DNA from: Thermoproteaceae archaeon
GTDB taxonomy: Archaea; Thermoproteota; Thermoprotei; Thermoproteales; Thermoproteaceae
Length of the DNA: 30,386 bases
NCBI GenBank assembly: GCA_020833025.1
Contig: JAJHRB010000012.1
Span: 1 to 30,386 of the forward strand
Direction: 5' to 3'
How positions within the stretch are numbered: position 1 is the stretch's first letter; every line of letters starts with the position of its first letter. Made by a program: the position numbers and the translations under genes. Of this stretch, positions 1 through 8,898 are shown piece after piece. Under the pieces are notes generated by a model. That model ran no database searches and was not told the origin of the DNA. It saw only the letters and a program-made list of their open reading frames with translations.

Positions 1-209
1 TGGGACCTGGACGCGAGGAGCAGCGCGCTGGTGAGGAGAGTTCTCGAGACGCCGCTTGACGGCAGCGGGGGCAGGCGTGACGGCTCCTGCGGATTGAGCA
101 CGGCGCTTCCGCCGGCGCCGCGGCCGGGCTGATCGCAAGCGGGATCCGGGCGCTCTGGAGGGAGCTGAGCGGGAGGTAAGCCCCCTTTTTACGTGGCCGG
201 TTCCCCGAT

Positions 210-515
210 ATGCGCGGGCTGCCGCGCGGCATGAGAGGGGGGGCCTACAGAACGCTAGTGCTCAAGTACGACATCCTCGGGCTGCCGCCGGAGGTGCAGC
301 AGAAAATCCCCGCGCTTCTGAGGGCGCAGGAGGAGTTCAGGAGGTGGGCGGCGGAGTGGGCTAAAAGCGGCGGCAAAGTACCGATGCCGGAGGAAAACCC
401 GCTGAGATATCTCGCGCACAAGTTCATTCTCGCGTACAGCGCGCTGAAGTGGCTGAGGGGGCGAGCAATTAAACACGGCATGAAGGTACCGCTGATTCTC
501 AGCGCTCAGCTGAGA
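210..515 (+). pseudogene. 5' fragment of a TnpB-like (IS200/IS605 OrfB-related, Thermoproteales zinc-ribbon type) gene, truncated after ...PLILSAQLR
   Basis: The N-terminus YRTLVLKYDI-LPPEVQQKIPALLRAQEEFRRWA-NPLRY resembles, from memory, the Pyrobaculum TnpB-like family. After AQLR the frame runs into antisense mqnC and has no RuvC or zinc-ribbon motifs. T-rich TATA-like box at 186-192. Confidence 0.6.
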
Positions 516-877
516 CCGAACAGCTCGCGGAACAGCCTCTCGAAGTACTCAATGCCTATTTCCGGGTTCACGCCCCCCTGCACGAGCACTTGGCTGATGC
601 CGTAAACGGCGTCGACTGCCAGAACCCTCCTGACGGCCTCCTCGACAGTGTAAGTGTAGGCCTCGGGGTGTCCCGGAGGCCTGTAGAAGGCGCAGAAGCT
701 GCAGCCGACAGTGCAGACGTTTGTGTAGTTCAGCACCATGTTAGACACAAAGGTCGCGATCCTGCCGTGCATCCTCAGCCTGATCTCGAACGCGCGCCTG
801 CCCAGCTCCCACAAGTCCTCCCTCAGCAGCTCCTCTATCTCCTCACGCCTCGGCACTCCCGGCCTGCCTGCGTCCAC
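506..877 (-). pseudogene. mqnC: 5' fragment (about 117 codons) of cyclic dehypoxanthine futalosine synthase (radical SAM)
   Basis: NYTNVCTVGCSFCAFYR (CxxxCxxC) and VLVQGGVNPE are MqnC-like. The frame stops at FERLFR-ELFGLS*, about one third of the expected length. GTG start at 877. Confidence 0.82.
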
Positions 878-893
878 GAGCTCGCCGGGCCAC

Positions 894-901
894 GGATAAA
901 A
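894..901. promoter_or_regulatory. Probable shared TATA element of divergent mqnC/mqnE
   Basis: GATAAAAG is the only AT-rich patch in the 45-nt gap, about 20-28 nt from both GTG starts (877 on -, 923 on +). Confidence 0.4.
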
Positions 902-922
902 GGGCAGCGCGCCGGGAGCCCG

Positions 923-2002
923 GTGGTCTCGACTCAGGAGGTTCTCGAAATGGCGTCGAGAGGGCTCGACAGGTCAGACGCGCTTTACTTGATGAGGGAG
1001 GCGGACATCTTCACGCTCGCGCATGCCGCGGAGGTTCTGACGAGGAAGTTCTTCGGCGACGTTGTAACGTTCGTCAACAACGTCGTTGTGAACTACACCA
1101 ACATCTGCGTCGCCAGGTGCCCGATATGTGCCTTCTCAAGGCCGCCGGGACACAGAGAGGGCTACGTCAAGAGGCCAGAGGTGGTGGCCGCGGCGGCGGA
1201 GCGGCTCGCGCGGGAGCTGGGAGCCACCGAGCTGCACCTGAACGGCGGGCTCAATCCCGAGCTGGCCCCGGAGTACTTTGACGAGCTCTTCCGCTCGGTC
1301 AAGACGAGGGCCCCGCGCGTGGCGATCAAGGGCCCGACGCTGGCCGAGGCCGTCTTCTACGCCAAGGCGTGGCGCGTGAGCGTGAGGGAGGTGCTGTCCA
1401 GGTGGAGAGATGCAGGCCTCGACGCGATATCGGGCGGCGGCGCCGAGATCTTCGCGCCGGAGGTCAGGAAAGTGATAGCGCCGGGCAAGGCAACGGGCGA
1501 GGAGTGGCTTGACGCGGCCAGAGCTGCACACGAGCTCGGCATACCGACAAACGCCACAATGCTCTACGGGCACGTGGAGAGGGGGGAGCACGTGGTGGAC
1601 CACCTGTTTCACATCAAGGAGCTTCAGGAAAGGACCGGCGGCTTCCTGCTCTTCATACCTGTGAAGTTCAACCCGGGAAATACCGAGCTCTACGCTAGGG
1701 GCCTCGTTAAGTCGCCGGCGCCCGCGACGTACGACGTCAGAGTGACCGCAATCGCGCGCCTGATACTCCTAGGCGGGCTCAAGGTGGGCGCCTACTGGCT
1801 GTCAGTCGGCAAGAGGCTTGCCTCCACGCTCCTCCTCGCCGGCGCAAACGACCTGGTGGGCACCATGTACAACGAGGCGGTGCTGGCGTCAGCCGGCGCT
1901 AGGCACGGCGCGACGCCCGAGGAGCTGGCGGCAATAGCGCGCGAGGCCGGCAAGCTGCCGGCCCTCCGCGACACCTTCCACAGGGTGATCGCAGTGCTGT
2001 GA
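923..2002 (+). CDS. mqnE: Aminofutalosine synthase (radical SAM, futalosine menaquinone pathway)
   Basis: NYTNICVARCPICAF (CxxxCxxC), LHLNGGLNPEL, GGGAEIF and TNATMLYGHVE are MqnE-type. Start is likely GTG 923; the ORF-track extension 590-922 is antisense mqnC. Confidence 0.85.
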   Translation: MVSTQEVLEMASRGLDRSDALYLMREADIFTLAHAAEVLTRKFFGDVVTFVNNVVVNYTNICVARCPICAFSRPPGHREGYVKRPEVVAAAAERLARELGATELHLNGGLNPELAPEYFDELFRSVKTRAPRVAIKGPTLAEAVFYAKAWRVSVREVLSRWRDAGLDAISGGGAEIFAPEVRKVIAPGKATGEEWLDAARAAHELGIPTNATMLYGHVERGEHVVDHLFHIKELQERTGGFLLFIPVKFNPGNTELYARGLVKSPAPATYDVRVTAIARLILLGGLKVGAYWLSVGKRLASTLLLAGANDLVGTMYNEAVLASAGARHGATPEELAAIAREAGKLPALRDTFHRVIAVL

Positions 2003-2064
2003 GCTCGCGCCTGCAGGGATGCCAGGCGCGCCCGAAAGCTAAAAAATAGATGAGGACGTGCACA

Positions 2065-2505
2065 GTGTCGTCTCAAGAGGCACAGGCCAAGGAGGGCGGG
2101 GAGGCGCAGCAGAAAAAGAAGAAGATGGCCGTAGTCGTATTCTCGGGAAGCCTCGACCGCCTGACGGGCGTCGCGATGCTCGTGAGCGGCGCGGTGGCGA
2201 TGGAGTACAACGTGGAGCTGTACTTAATGCTGTGGGCCGTCCACGCGTTCAAGAAGGAGAACGTAGGGAAGATCACGCACCTCAGCGAGTTCAAGGAGTT
2301 CGAGCCCGAGATGGCAAAGAGGCTTAACTGGTACGACCTAATCAAGCGGGCAAAGAAGCTTGGGAGCGTGAAAATTTACGCGTGCGCCGGCTCGGCCGCC
2401 GTCTGGAACGTCATACCCGAGGACCTAGAGCTGGTGGACGGCATAATCGGCGTGGGCGAGATAGTCGAGAGGCTGGCCGAGGCGGACGTTGCTTTATTTG
2501 TGTAG
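2065..2505 (+). CDS. dsrE: DsrE/DsrF/DrsH-like (DsrE2-type) sulfurtransferase
   Basis: VVVFSGSLDRL...VELYLMLWAV...KIYAC pattern with the conserved Cys. Start is uncertain (ATG 2050, GTG 2065 or ATG 2125). A-rich TATA-like box at 2039-2048. Confidence 0.72.
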   Translation: MSSQEAQAKEGGEAQQKKKKMAVVVFSGSLDRLTGVAMLVSGAVAMEYNVELYLMLWAVHAFKKENVGKITHLSEFKEFEPEMAKRLNWYDLIKRAKKLGSVKIYACAGSAAVWNVIPEDLELVDGIIGVGEIVERLAEADVALFV

Positions 2506-2519
2506 ACCCGCGCGGAGAC

Positions 2520-2789
2520 ATGGCCGAGGGACAGCTCCCTCCCGAGGAGCTGAGAAAGCTCAAGCCGGACAAGGTGGTTGACGCCAGGGGGGTGGCATGC
2601 CCGGGACCGCTGCTCGCCGCGAAGCAGGCAATAACCGAGGTGCCGGTGGGCGGGGTACTGGAGGTCCTGTCGTCAGACCCGGGGACGAAGAGGGACCTGC
2701 CGCTCTGGGCCAAGAAGACAGGCCACGTATTCCTCGGCGTGATTGAGGAGAGGGGGTACTGGCGCCTCTTCGTCAAGAGAATGAAATGA
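2520..2789 (+). CDS. tusA: TusA-family sulfur carrier protein
   Basis: VDARGVACPGPLL (CPxP motif), LEVLSSDPGTKRDLPLW; GGAG RBS before ATG 2520. Confidence 0.9.
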   Translation: MAEGQLPPEELRKLKPDKVVDARGVACPGPLLAAKQAITEVPVGGVLEVLSSDPGTKRDLPLWAKKTGHVFLGVIEERGYWRLFVKRMK

Positions 2790-3187
2790 CTCGCGCGCCC
2801 CAAATACTTGTCTTTACCACAAGCACGATCTCAGACCCCGGCGTGGCTTCTGCCGGCCTCATGCGCCTGAAGTATCCCCCGCAGACGGCTATCATCAGGG
2901 TGCCGTGCTCGTCAATGATAAGGCCGGAGTGGATAGTGCTGGCCATAGAGAGCGGCTTTGACGGGGTGTTCGTAGCGGCAGACGGCACTGACTGCCCCTA
3001 CTTGAGGGACTGCACGGAGAGGACTGCGAGAGGGGTAGAGGCCGCGCAGAAGATTCTGGCCAGCAGGGGCGTGGAGCCCGAGAGAGTCAGAATGGCGGCG
3101 GTGTGCTCGGTGTGCGGCGAGGCGTTCGTCAGAATAATAAATGACTTCTTCAACGCGCTGAGCCGGCTCGGGCCCGTGAGGCTATGA
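2786..3187 (+). CDS. mvhD: MvhD/FlpD-like [2Fe-2S] subunit, variant Cys pattern
   Basis: IIRVPCSS-IRPEW-GFDGVFV-DCPY-GVEPERV matches the MvhD scaffold. ATGA overlaps with tusA and the next gene. Confidence 0.8.
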   Translation: MTRAPQILVFTTSTISDPGVASAGLMRLKYPPQTAIIRVPCSSMIRPEWIVLAIESGFDGVFVAADGTDCPYLRDCTERTARGVEAAQKILASRGVEPERVRMAAVCSVCGEAFVRIINDFFNALSRLGPVRL

Positions 3188-4518
3188 TGATGCAGAAAAT
3201 TCTTGAGAGGGCGGAGGCGGCAGGAGAGCAGCTGTCTTACGACGCGGTCGTGATAGGCGGCGGCATAGCCGGCATGGAGGCCTCGCTGAGCCTGGCAGAC
3301 ATGGGCTACAGGGTCTTGCTGGTCGAGAGGGAGCCCACGATTGGAGGCAAGATGTTCCTGCTGAGCAAGGTGTTCCCGACGCTCGACTGCGCCAGCTGCA
3401 TAGCAACGCCGAAGATGGCTGCCGCCGCGCGCCACCCCAACATAACCCTGTGGACGTACTCTGAGGTGAGGAGGGTGCGGGCTCTGGACAGGGGCGCGTT
3501 TGAAGTAGATATCTTGAGGAAGCCGAGATTCGTAAATGAATCTCTGTGTACTGGCTGCGGGCTTTGCGAGGATGCGTGCCCGGTGGTGGTTCCGAAGGAG
3601 CTGGACTTCGGGCTGAGGGGCAGGAAGGCAGTCTACATACCGCTCGACACGGCGGTTCCGAGGAAGGCCGTGGTGGACATAGACAACTGCATTCTCTGCG
3701 GGCAGTGCGAGAGGAGGTGCCCGGCGGGCGCTATAGACTTCACGCAGAAGCCCAGAGTCTACAGAGTCAGAGCGCGCGCGGTGGTGATAGCAACTGGCTG
3801 CAGGCCGTTCCCGGCCGAGCTCAAGGAGGCATACGGCTACGGCAGGACGCCTAACGTCATCACCGCGCTGCAGATGGAGAGATTGCTGGCCCCGACGAGG
3901 CCCTACAATGCAGTGCTGAGGCCCTCGGACGGGAGGGAGCCTGGCAATATCGGCTACGTGCTCTGCGCGGGCTCCAGGGACGTGACCGCGGGGAACCCGA
4001 GGTGCTCTCAGGTCTGCTGCATGTACTCAATAAAGCAGGCGCAGCTGCTGCTGGGCGCGCTGCCCCTTGCCGACGTGACGATTTACTACATGGACGTGAG
4101 GGCCTACGGGAAGGGCTTCGAGGAGTTCTACCAGAGGGCCAGGAGCATGGGCGTGAAATTCGTGAGGGGGAGAGTGGCAAGGATAGAGGGGCTCCCAAAC
4201 GGCGACGTGAGGGTAATGTACGAGGACGTCGAGGAGGGGAGGCTCAAGTCTGCGGTGCACGACCTAGTGGTGCTAGCGGTCGGCCTGCTCCCGGACAACG
4301 AGGTGCTAAAGGCATTTGAGGGCGTGACGATACACACCGACGAGCTCGGCTTCGTGAAGGTCGATCCCGAGGACCCTGTCAGGACAAATGTCGAGGGGGT
4401 GTTTGCAGCGGGGTGCATAACGGGCCCGAAGGACATCCCGGACACGATACTAGAGGCCGCCGCGGCGGCAATGCGGTGCGCCGCCTTCCTGAAGGAGGTC
4501 GAGGCGCGGCAAACATGA
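3184..4518 (+). CDS. hdrA: HdrA-family flavoprotein, short QmoA-like form
   Basis: GGGIAG FAD motif, KVFPTLDCASC, inserted 2x CxxCxxCxxxCP ferredoxin, CAGSRD...CSQVCCMYSIK, GVFAAGCITGPKDIPDTI. Confidence 0.88.
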   Translation: MMMQKILERAEAAGEQLSYDAVVIGGGIAGMEASLSLADMGYRVLLVEREPTIGGKMFLLSKVFPTLDCASCIATPKMAAAARHPNITLWTYSEVRRVRALDRGAFEVDILRKPRFVNESLCTGCGLCEDACPVVVPKELDFGLRGRKAVYIPLDTAVPRKAVVDIDNCILCGQCERRCPAGAIDFTQKPRVYRVRARAVVIATGCRPFPAELKEAYGYGRTPNVITALQMERLLAPTRPYNAVLRPSDGREPGNIGYVLCAGSRDVTAGNPRCSQVCCMYSIKQAQLLLGALPLADVTIYYMDVRAYGKGFEEFYQRARSMGVKFVRGRVARIEGLPNGDVRVMYEDVEEGRLKSAVHDLVVLAVGLLPDNEVLKAFEGVTIHTDELGFVKVDPEDPVRTNVEGVFAAGCITGPKDIPDTILEAAAAAMRCAAFLKEVEARQT

Positions 4519-6473
4519 CGGGCGGCGGGGTGAGAATAGGCGTTTACGTCTGCCACTGCGGCGGCAATATCTCAGACACGGTGGATGTCAAGAGAGTCGT
4601 CGAGGAGGTCGGAAAGGAGCCCGGCGTCGTGACAGCCGTGGACTTCCCCTTCATGTGCTCGGAGGCCGGCCAGAAGCTCGTAGAGGACGACGTAAGGAGC
4701 GGGAGGGTGAACGCAGTGGTTGTGGCCGCGTGCTCGCCCAGACTCCACGAGGCGACCTTCAGGGCGGCAATTTCCAGAGCCGGCGGGAACCCGTACATGT
4801 ACTACCACGTCGACATAAGGGAGGAGTGCTCCTGGGCTCACGAGGGCGACAGGGAGGGGGCAACGGAGAAGGCAATAAGGCATGTGAGGATGGCCGTGGC
4901 GTACTTGAGGCGCGCCGAGCCGCTCAGCAAGATCAAGGCCGCCAGCGAGAGGTCGGTGTTAGTAATTGGAGGGGGACTCGCCGGGCTGAGGGCCGCGCTG
5001 GACCTGGCAGAGGCGGGAGTTAGAGTATACCTCGTGGAGAGGTCGCCGTTTCTCGGCGGGAATGCCGCGAGGCTGGGCGCGCTGAAGGTATTCCCCTACG
5101 GGAGGCCTGCCATCGACATTGTGAGGTCGCTGATAGGGAAGCTGGTCGGCAGGAGAGAAGTCACCATATTTACAAATGCCGAGGTCGAGGCGGTGTCCGG
5201 CTACATCGGGAATTTTGACGTGCGGATTAAGGTCTGGCCGCGCTACTTCAAGGGCAAGTGCGCCGGGGATCTGGCCAGAGTCTGTCCCAAGAGGGCCCGG
5301 GACGAGTTCTACTTCGGGGTTGCGGAGAGAACGGCAATACTGCTCCCGCCATTTGAGGGGGCCTACCCCGACATACCAGCGATAGACATCAACCTGTGCG
5401 ACAGGTGCGGCCTCTGCGCCAAGGCGTGCCCGAGCGTTGACCTGAGCCAGGAGCCGCAGACCGTCAGCGTGAGAGTGGGCGCGATAATCGCGGCCACCGG
5501 CTTCAGGCCCTACGCCCCCAGGAACGGCGAGTGCGGCCGCGGGCTTCCCGGCGTAATTACACTGCACGAGCTCGTTGGGGCCCTCAACAAGTTCGGCGGC
5601 ATTAGGGTCGACGGCAGGGCGCCGGAGAGCGCCGTGTTCATCTACTGCGTCGGGAGCAGGCAGAGGAGGGCAGGCGGCGAGGGGGCCAACGAGTACTGCT
5701 CGAGGTACTGCTGCATAGCCGCGCTAGACGCCGCGCTCCACTTGCGCGAGCTGCTGCCGGGCGTCAGGATATACCACGTCGCGAGGGATATCAGGTCATA
5801 CGGCGTCAACGAGCTGCTGTACGAGGCGGCGGGCAGGCTAGGGGACGTTTTCGTGAAGTATAGCGAGGAGGCGCCGCCCCGGGTGGAGCGCCAGGGCGAC
5901 AAGCTGGTCGTCAGGGTGAGAGACGTTCTGACCGAGAGCGTCGAGCTGGAGATCCCCGCGGACCTGGTAGTCCTCGTCACCGGAATGGAGCCGTCAGACG
6001 GGACGGCGGCCATCGCCGAGAGGCTTAAGCTCCAGAGGGGTCCGGACGGGTTCCTGCAGGAGGTGCACCCGAAGCTCAAGCCCGTCGAGACCGCGCTGGG
6101 CGGGATATTCATAGCGGGCACGGCGCAGGCGCCGCGGGGAGTGGCGGAGACCCTCGCGTCAGCGTCCGCGGCCGCGGCGAGGGCCGCCTCGCTAGTGCTC
6201 AGGGGATACGTCGAGCTGGAGCCGTTTGTCGCTTACGTTGATGCCTCTAAGTGCAACGCCTGCGAGGCCTGCATTTCTGAGTGCCCGTACGGCGCCATCG
6301 AGATCGTGAGGGCGGGCTCCCGCGAAGTTGCAAGCGTTAACGAGGCGCTCTGCAAGGGGTGCGGCGCGTGCATTCCCGCGTGCCCGAACTCTGCAATACA
6401 GCTGAGGGGGCTCACTAGCGCCCAGATAGAGGACATGATCAGGTCCGCGCTGGGGCATGGGCGAAGCGCCTAG
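4515..6473 (+). CDS. hdrA: HdrA-family flavoprotein, long form (N-terminal domain, FAD domain, C-terminal 2x[4Fe-4S])
   Basis: GVYVCHCGGNI, CSEAGQ, AACSPRLHE, IREECSW, GGGLAG, CVGSRQ...CSRYCC, and C-terminal CNACEACISECP / CKGCGACIPACP. ATG 4515 overlaps the previous stop (ATGA). Confidence 0.88.
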   Translation: MTGGGVRIGVYVCHCGGNISDTVDVKRVVEEVGKEPGVVTAVDFPFMCSEAGQKLVEDDVRSGRVNAVVVAACSPRLHEATFRAAISRAGGNPYMYYHVDIREECSWAHEGDREGATEKAIRHVRMAVAYLRRAEPLSKIKAASERSVLVIGGGLAGLRAALDLAEAGVRVYLVERSPFLGGNAARLGALKVFPYGRPAIDIVRSLIGKLVGRREVTIFTNAEVEAVSGYIGNFDVRIKVWPRYFKGKCAGDLARVCPKRARDEFYFGVAERTAILLPPFEGAYPDIPAIDINLCDRCGLCAKACPSVDLSQEPQTVSVRVGAIIAATGFRPYAPRNGECGRGLPGVITLHELVGALNKFGGIRVDGRAPESAVFIYCVGSRQRRAGGEGANEYCSRYCCIAALDAALHLRELLPGVRIYHVARDIRSYGVNELLYEAAGRLGDVFVKYSEEAPPRVERQGDKLVVRVRDVLTESVELEIPADLVVLVTGMEPSDGTAAIAERLKLQRGPDGFLQEVHPKLKPVETALGGIFIAGTAQAPRGVAETLASASAAAARAASLVLRGYVELEPFVAYVDASKCNACEACISECPYGAIEIVRAGSREVASVNEALCKGCGACIPACPNSAIQLRGLTSAQIEDMIRSALGHGRSA

Positions 6474-6750
6474 GAGGGAGCTGACATCCGAAAGACTGAG
6501 GAGGGAGCTAAACTTTCAGGTGCCCGAGGAGCTGGCCCGCCGCGTGAGGGAAGCCGCCGCCATACGGGCCAAAATACTGAAGTGCCTGGAGGGCAGGGAG
6601 ATGACAGTCAGGGAAATAGCGAGAGAGGCGGGCATTCCCGAGAGCGTGGTGTTCTGGCACTTGATGACAATGTACAAGTACAACCTCGTCGAGCCGGCGG
6701 AGAAGACAGAGGACGGCCTTTACAAGTACAGGCTTAAGCGCGGGCGGTGA
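6457..6750 (+). CDS. Small winged-helix (ArsR-like) DNA-binding protein inside the hdr operon
   Basis: RAKILKCL-EMTVREIAREAGIPESVVFWHL-LVE-YKYRL HTH and wing pattern. Overlaps both neighbours. Confidence 0.7.
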   Translation: MGEAPRRELTSERLRRELNFQVPEELARRVREAAAIRAKILKCLEGREMTVREIAREAGIPESVVFWHLMTMYKYNLVEPAEKTEDGLYKYRLKRGR

Positions 6751-7853
6751 GGGTCGACCACAGGCTTGCAGACGAGCTGAGAGAGCTCGGCGCGCGGAAC
6801 ATATCCCAGTGTTACAGCTGCGGCGTCTGCACGGCAATCTGCCCGCTGTCTGAGGAGGGGCGCGAGATCCCCCGGAGGATGGTCAGGTACGCCGTGCTCG
6901 GCCTGAGGGACAGGCTGGAGAGAAGCCTGGAGCCGTGGCTGTGTTACTACTGCGGCGAGTGCACCAAATCGTGCCCCCGGGGCGCGGATCCCGGGGCCCT
7001 CATGATGGCCGTCCGGAGGTACTTGATAACGCGGTACGACTTCACGGGCATATCGAGAGTGCTGTACAGGTCGCCGCTCGCCGAGGCGCTCCTCGCGGCG
7101 GCGCTGTTCCTGGCGGTGGTGCTGGGAGTTTACTTCCTCCACGGCCCCGTGAATCTCGAGAGAGTGGACATGGAGTCCTTCCTGCCGGCGGGCGTGGTTG
7201 ACGCCGCCGACATAGCCGTCGCCGCGACTCTCGCGTCACTGCTCCTCGCGAACGCCTACAGGATGTACAGGCTGACGCGCAGGGGCCCGAGGCTCCCTCT
7301 TACCGCCTATATTACGGAGCTCGTCAAGACCGTGCCGCCGCACTTCTTCACGCAGCTCAGAATGCTGAAGTGCAGGGGGAGCGTGAGGGACTGGGTCATG
7401 CACGCTCTGACGGCGTACGGGTACGGGATCGTGTTCGTGCTAGTCGTGCTGTTCCTGCGCGCGATACACGCCGGGGTCTACCCCGCGGCGCACCCGCTGA
7501 GGCTGGCGGGCTACGTGGCCTCGGCATTGCTGCTCGCCGGCGCGGGCTACGCGATTTACGGGCGCGCGAGGAGGAGCTCGGTCGCGAGGCAGTACTCGCA
7601 CCCCACGGACTGGCTCTTCTTAATACTGCTGCTCCTGACAACGCTTACAGGAGTGGCGCTCCACGTCTTCAAGTACCTGAACATGCCCCTAGAGGCGTAC
7701 GTGTGCTACGCTGTGCACCTGGGGCTTGCAGCGCCTCTGCTAATCCTGGAGGTGCCGTTCGCTAAGTGGTCGCACATAGCGTACAGGCCCCTGGCGATAT
7801 ACTTCGCGAGGCTTAACGAGCTGAGGGCACGCCGGCTCCAGCCCTCCCCGTGA
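6747..7853 (+). CDS. QmoC-like protein: HdrC-like 2x[4Fe-4S] domain fused to a multi-pass, probably heme-b, membrane domain
   Basis: CYSCGVCTAICP and CYYCGECTKSCP, then about 6 hydrophobic helices with His residues (VMHAL, ALHVF, AVHLG, FAKWSHIAYRP). Confidence 0.8.
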   Translation: MRVDHRLADELRELGARNISQCYSCGVCTAICPLSEEGREIPRRMVRYAVLGLRDRLERSLEPWLCYYCGECTKSCPRGADPGALMMAVRRYLITRYDFTGISRVLYRSPLAEALLAAALFLAVVLGVYFLHGPVNLERVDMESFLPAGVVDAADIAVAATLASLLLANAYRMYRLTRRGPRLPLTAYITELVKTVPPHFFTQLRMLKCRGSVRDWVMHALTAYGYGIVFVLVVLFLRAIHAGVYPAAHPLRLAGYVASALLLAGAGYAIYGRARRSSVARQYSHPTDWLFLILLLLTTLTGVALHVFKYLNMPLEAYVCYAVHLGLAAPLLILEVPFAKWSHIAYRPLAIYFARLNELRARRLQPSP

Positions 7854-8198
7854 GCCCAGCTCCAGCTCTCCGCACCCTCCTTTGCGCGCCCCTTGGGCGC
7901 GACGCCTTACACTTAACCGAGCTGCTTCTGCCTCCCTTTCGCGACCGTTGAATTAGCGCAGAGGCCCCTCCCTAAGCCCGGCGGCGCCGCCTGCGCCGGG
8001 GCGAGACTTCTAGAGGCGGAGGCCACGACGGCCTAGCTCTGCGGGCCGGAAACGCGCTGACGGGAAGTCGCCAGGCGCGCCGAGACCCTCAAGGGCCGCG
8101 TGAGGTGGGGCGAGAGGCTGGAGAGGGCGCTGGGGAGCGAAGGAAGCTCTGGCGCGCTATGCCCCTTGATCCCAGCCGCGCCTCGCGACTGCCGCGGC

Positions 8199-8684
8199 CT
8201 ACTGCAGTGCGGATAGGTACTTCTCCACCGCTGCCACGAGCCTCTCTACGTCTCTCCTAGCCTCCTCCTCCGTCCTGTACCTGCTGAAAATGCCCTCCCG
8301 GTCGGGCCCGTTGTACTGGAGCTCGTGCAGGTCGAGCGCGATCAGAGTGTAGTACAGCACCTCCTCTCCGTACCTTCCCGCCAGGAGCTGCGCCACCGAC
8401 CTGACCCGCGTCGTGGGCATTAGCGCTGCAATCCAGTACGCCTCCTTGAGCGCCCTGCCGTCTCTCGTCCTCCTCACTCCGGGAAACGCTCCTTCCAGCA
8501 GGTCGAGAGACTTCGCCGCGAGCCCGGCCAGAACGGCCTTCCACGCCTGCCACGCCTTCCCCGCCGCGTTCCTCACGAGGCCCTCCTCCAGGAAGCGCCT
8601 GGCGAGCTCTGCCTCGCACCTTGCCTCGGCGGAGCGGGTCCTTACATAGCCCTCGAGACTCACCCACGGCTTGACCAGCTCCAC
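8199..8684 (-). CDS. PaREP1-family (HEPN-like) protein
   Basis: KPW-Y-R-EA-EAELA-FLEEGLVRNAAGKAWQAWKA...ALDLHELQYNGPD. GTG 8684 lies 22-28 nt after an AAATATA box. Confidence 0.8.
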   Translation of the reverse strand: MELVKPWVSLEGYVRTRSAEARCEAELARRFLEEGLVRNAAGKAWQAWKAVLAGLAAKSLDLLEGAFPGVRRTRDGRALKEAYWIAALMPTTRVRSVAQLLAGRYGEEVLYYTLIALDLHELQYNGPDREGIFSRYRTEEEARRDVERLVAAVEKYLSALQ

Positions 8685-8898
8685 CGCCGGTCTCAATGCG
8701 GCCCGTATATTTTTCCTTGCGCGCCGGCCCGCCATTAGCCAGGCGCGCGGCTTTGCGATGCTCATAAGGCGTTTTCCTGGCGCGTGGCGGCGTGGCCAGT
8801 CGCGTTAGCGCTCGCCGCGCTGGCAGTAGCGGCGCCCCAGCACGGCGGGAGCGGGCAAGCCGTACGCGCTCGCCGCCTTCTGGAATTTACAATCAGCA

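Noticed and set aside
1-179. Possible 3' end of an upstream gene
   Set aside because: No single open frame spans it and no motif was recognised.
590-922. Long N-terminal extension of the 470-aa ORF
   Set aside because: It is the antisense of the mqnC fragment. MqnE similarity starts near 923.
7854-8198. Protein-like stretch REVARRAETLKGRVRWGERLERAL, possibly a decayed antitoxin
   Set aside because: No start codon or clear family motif; too short to support.
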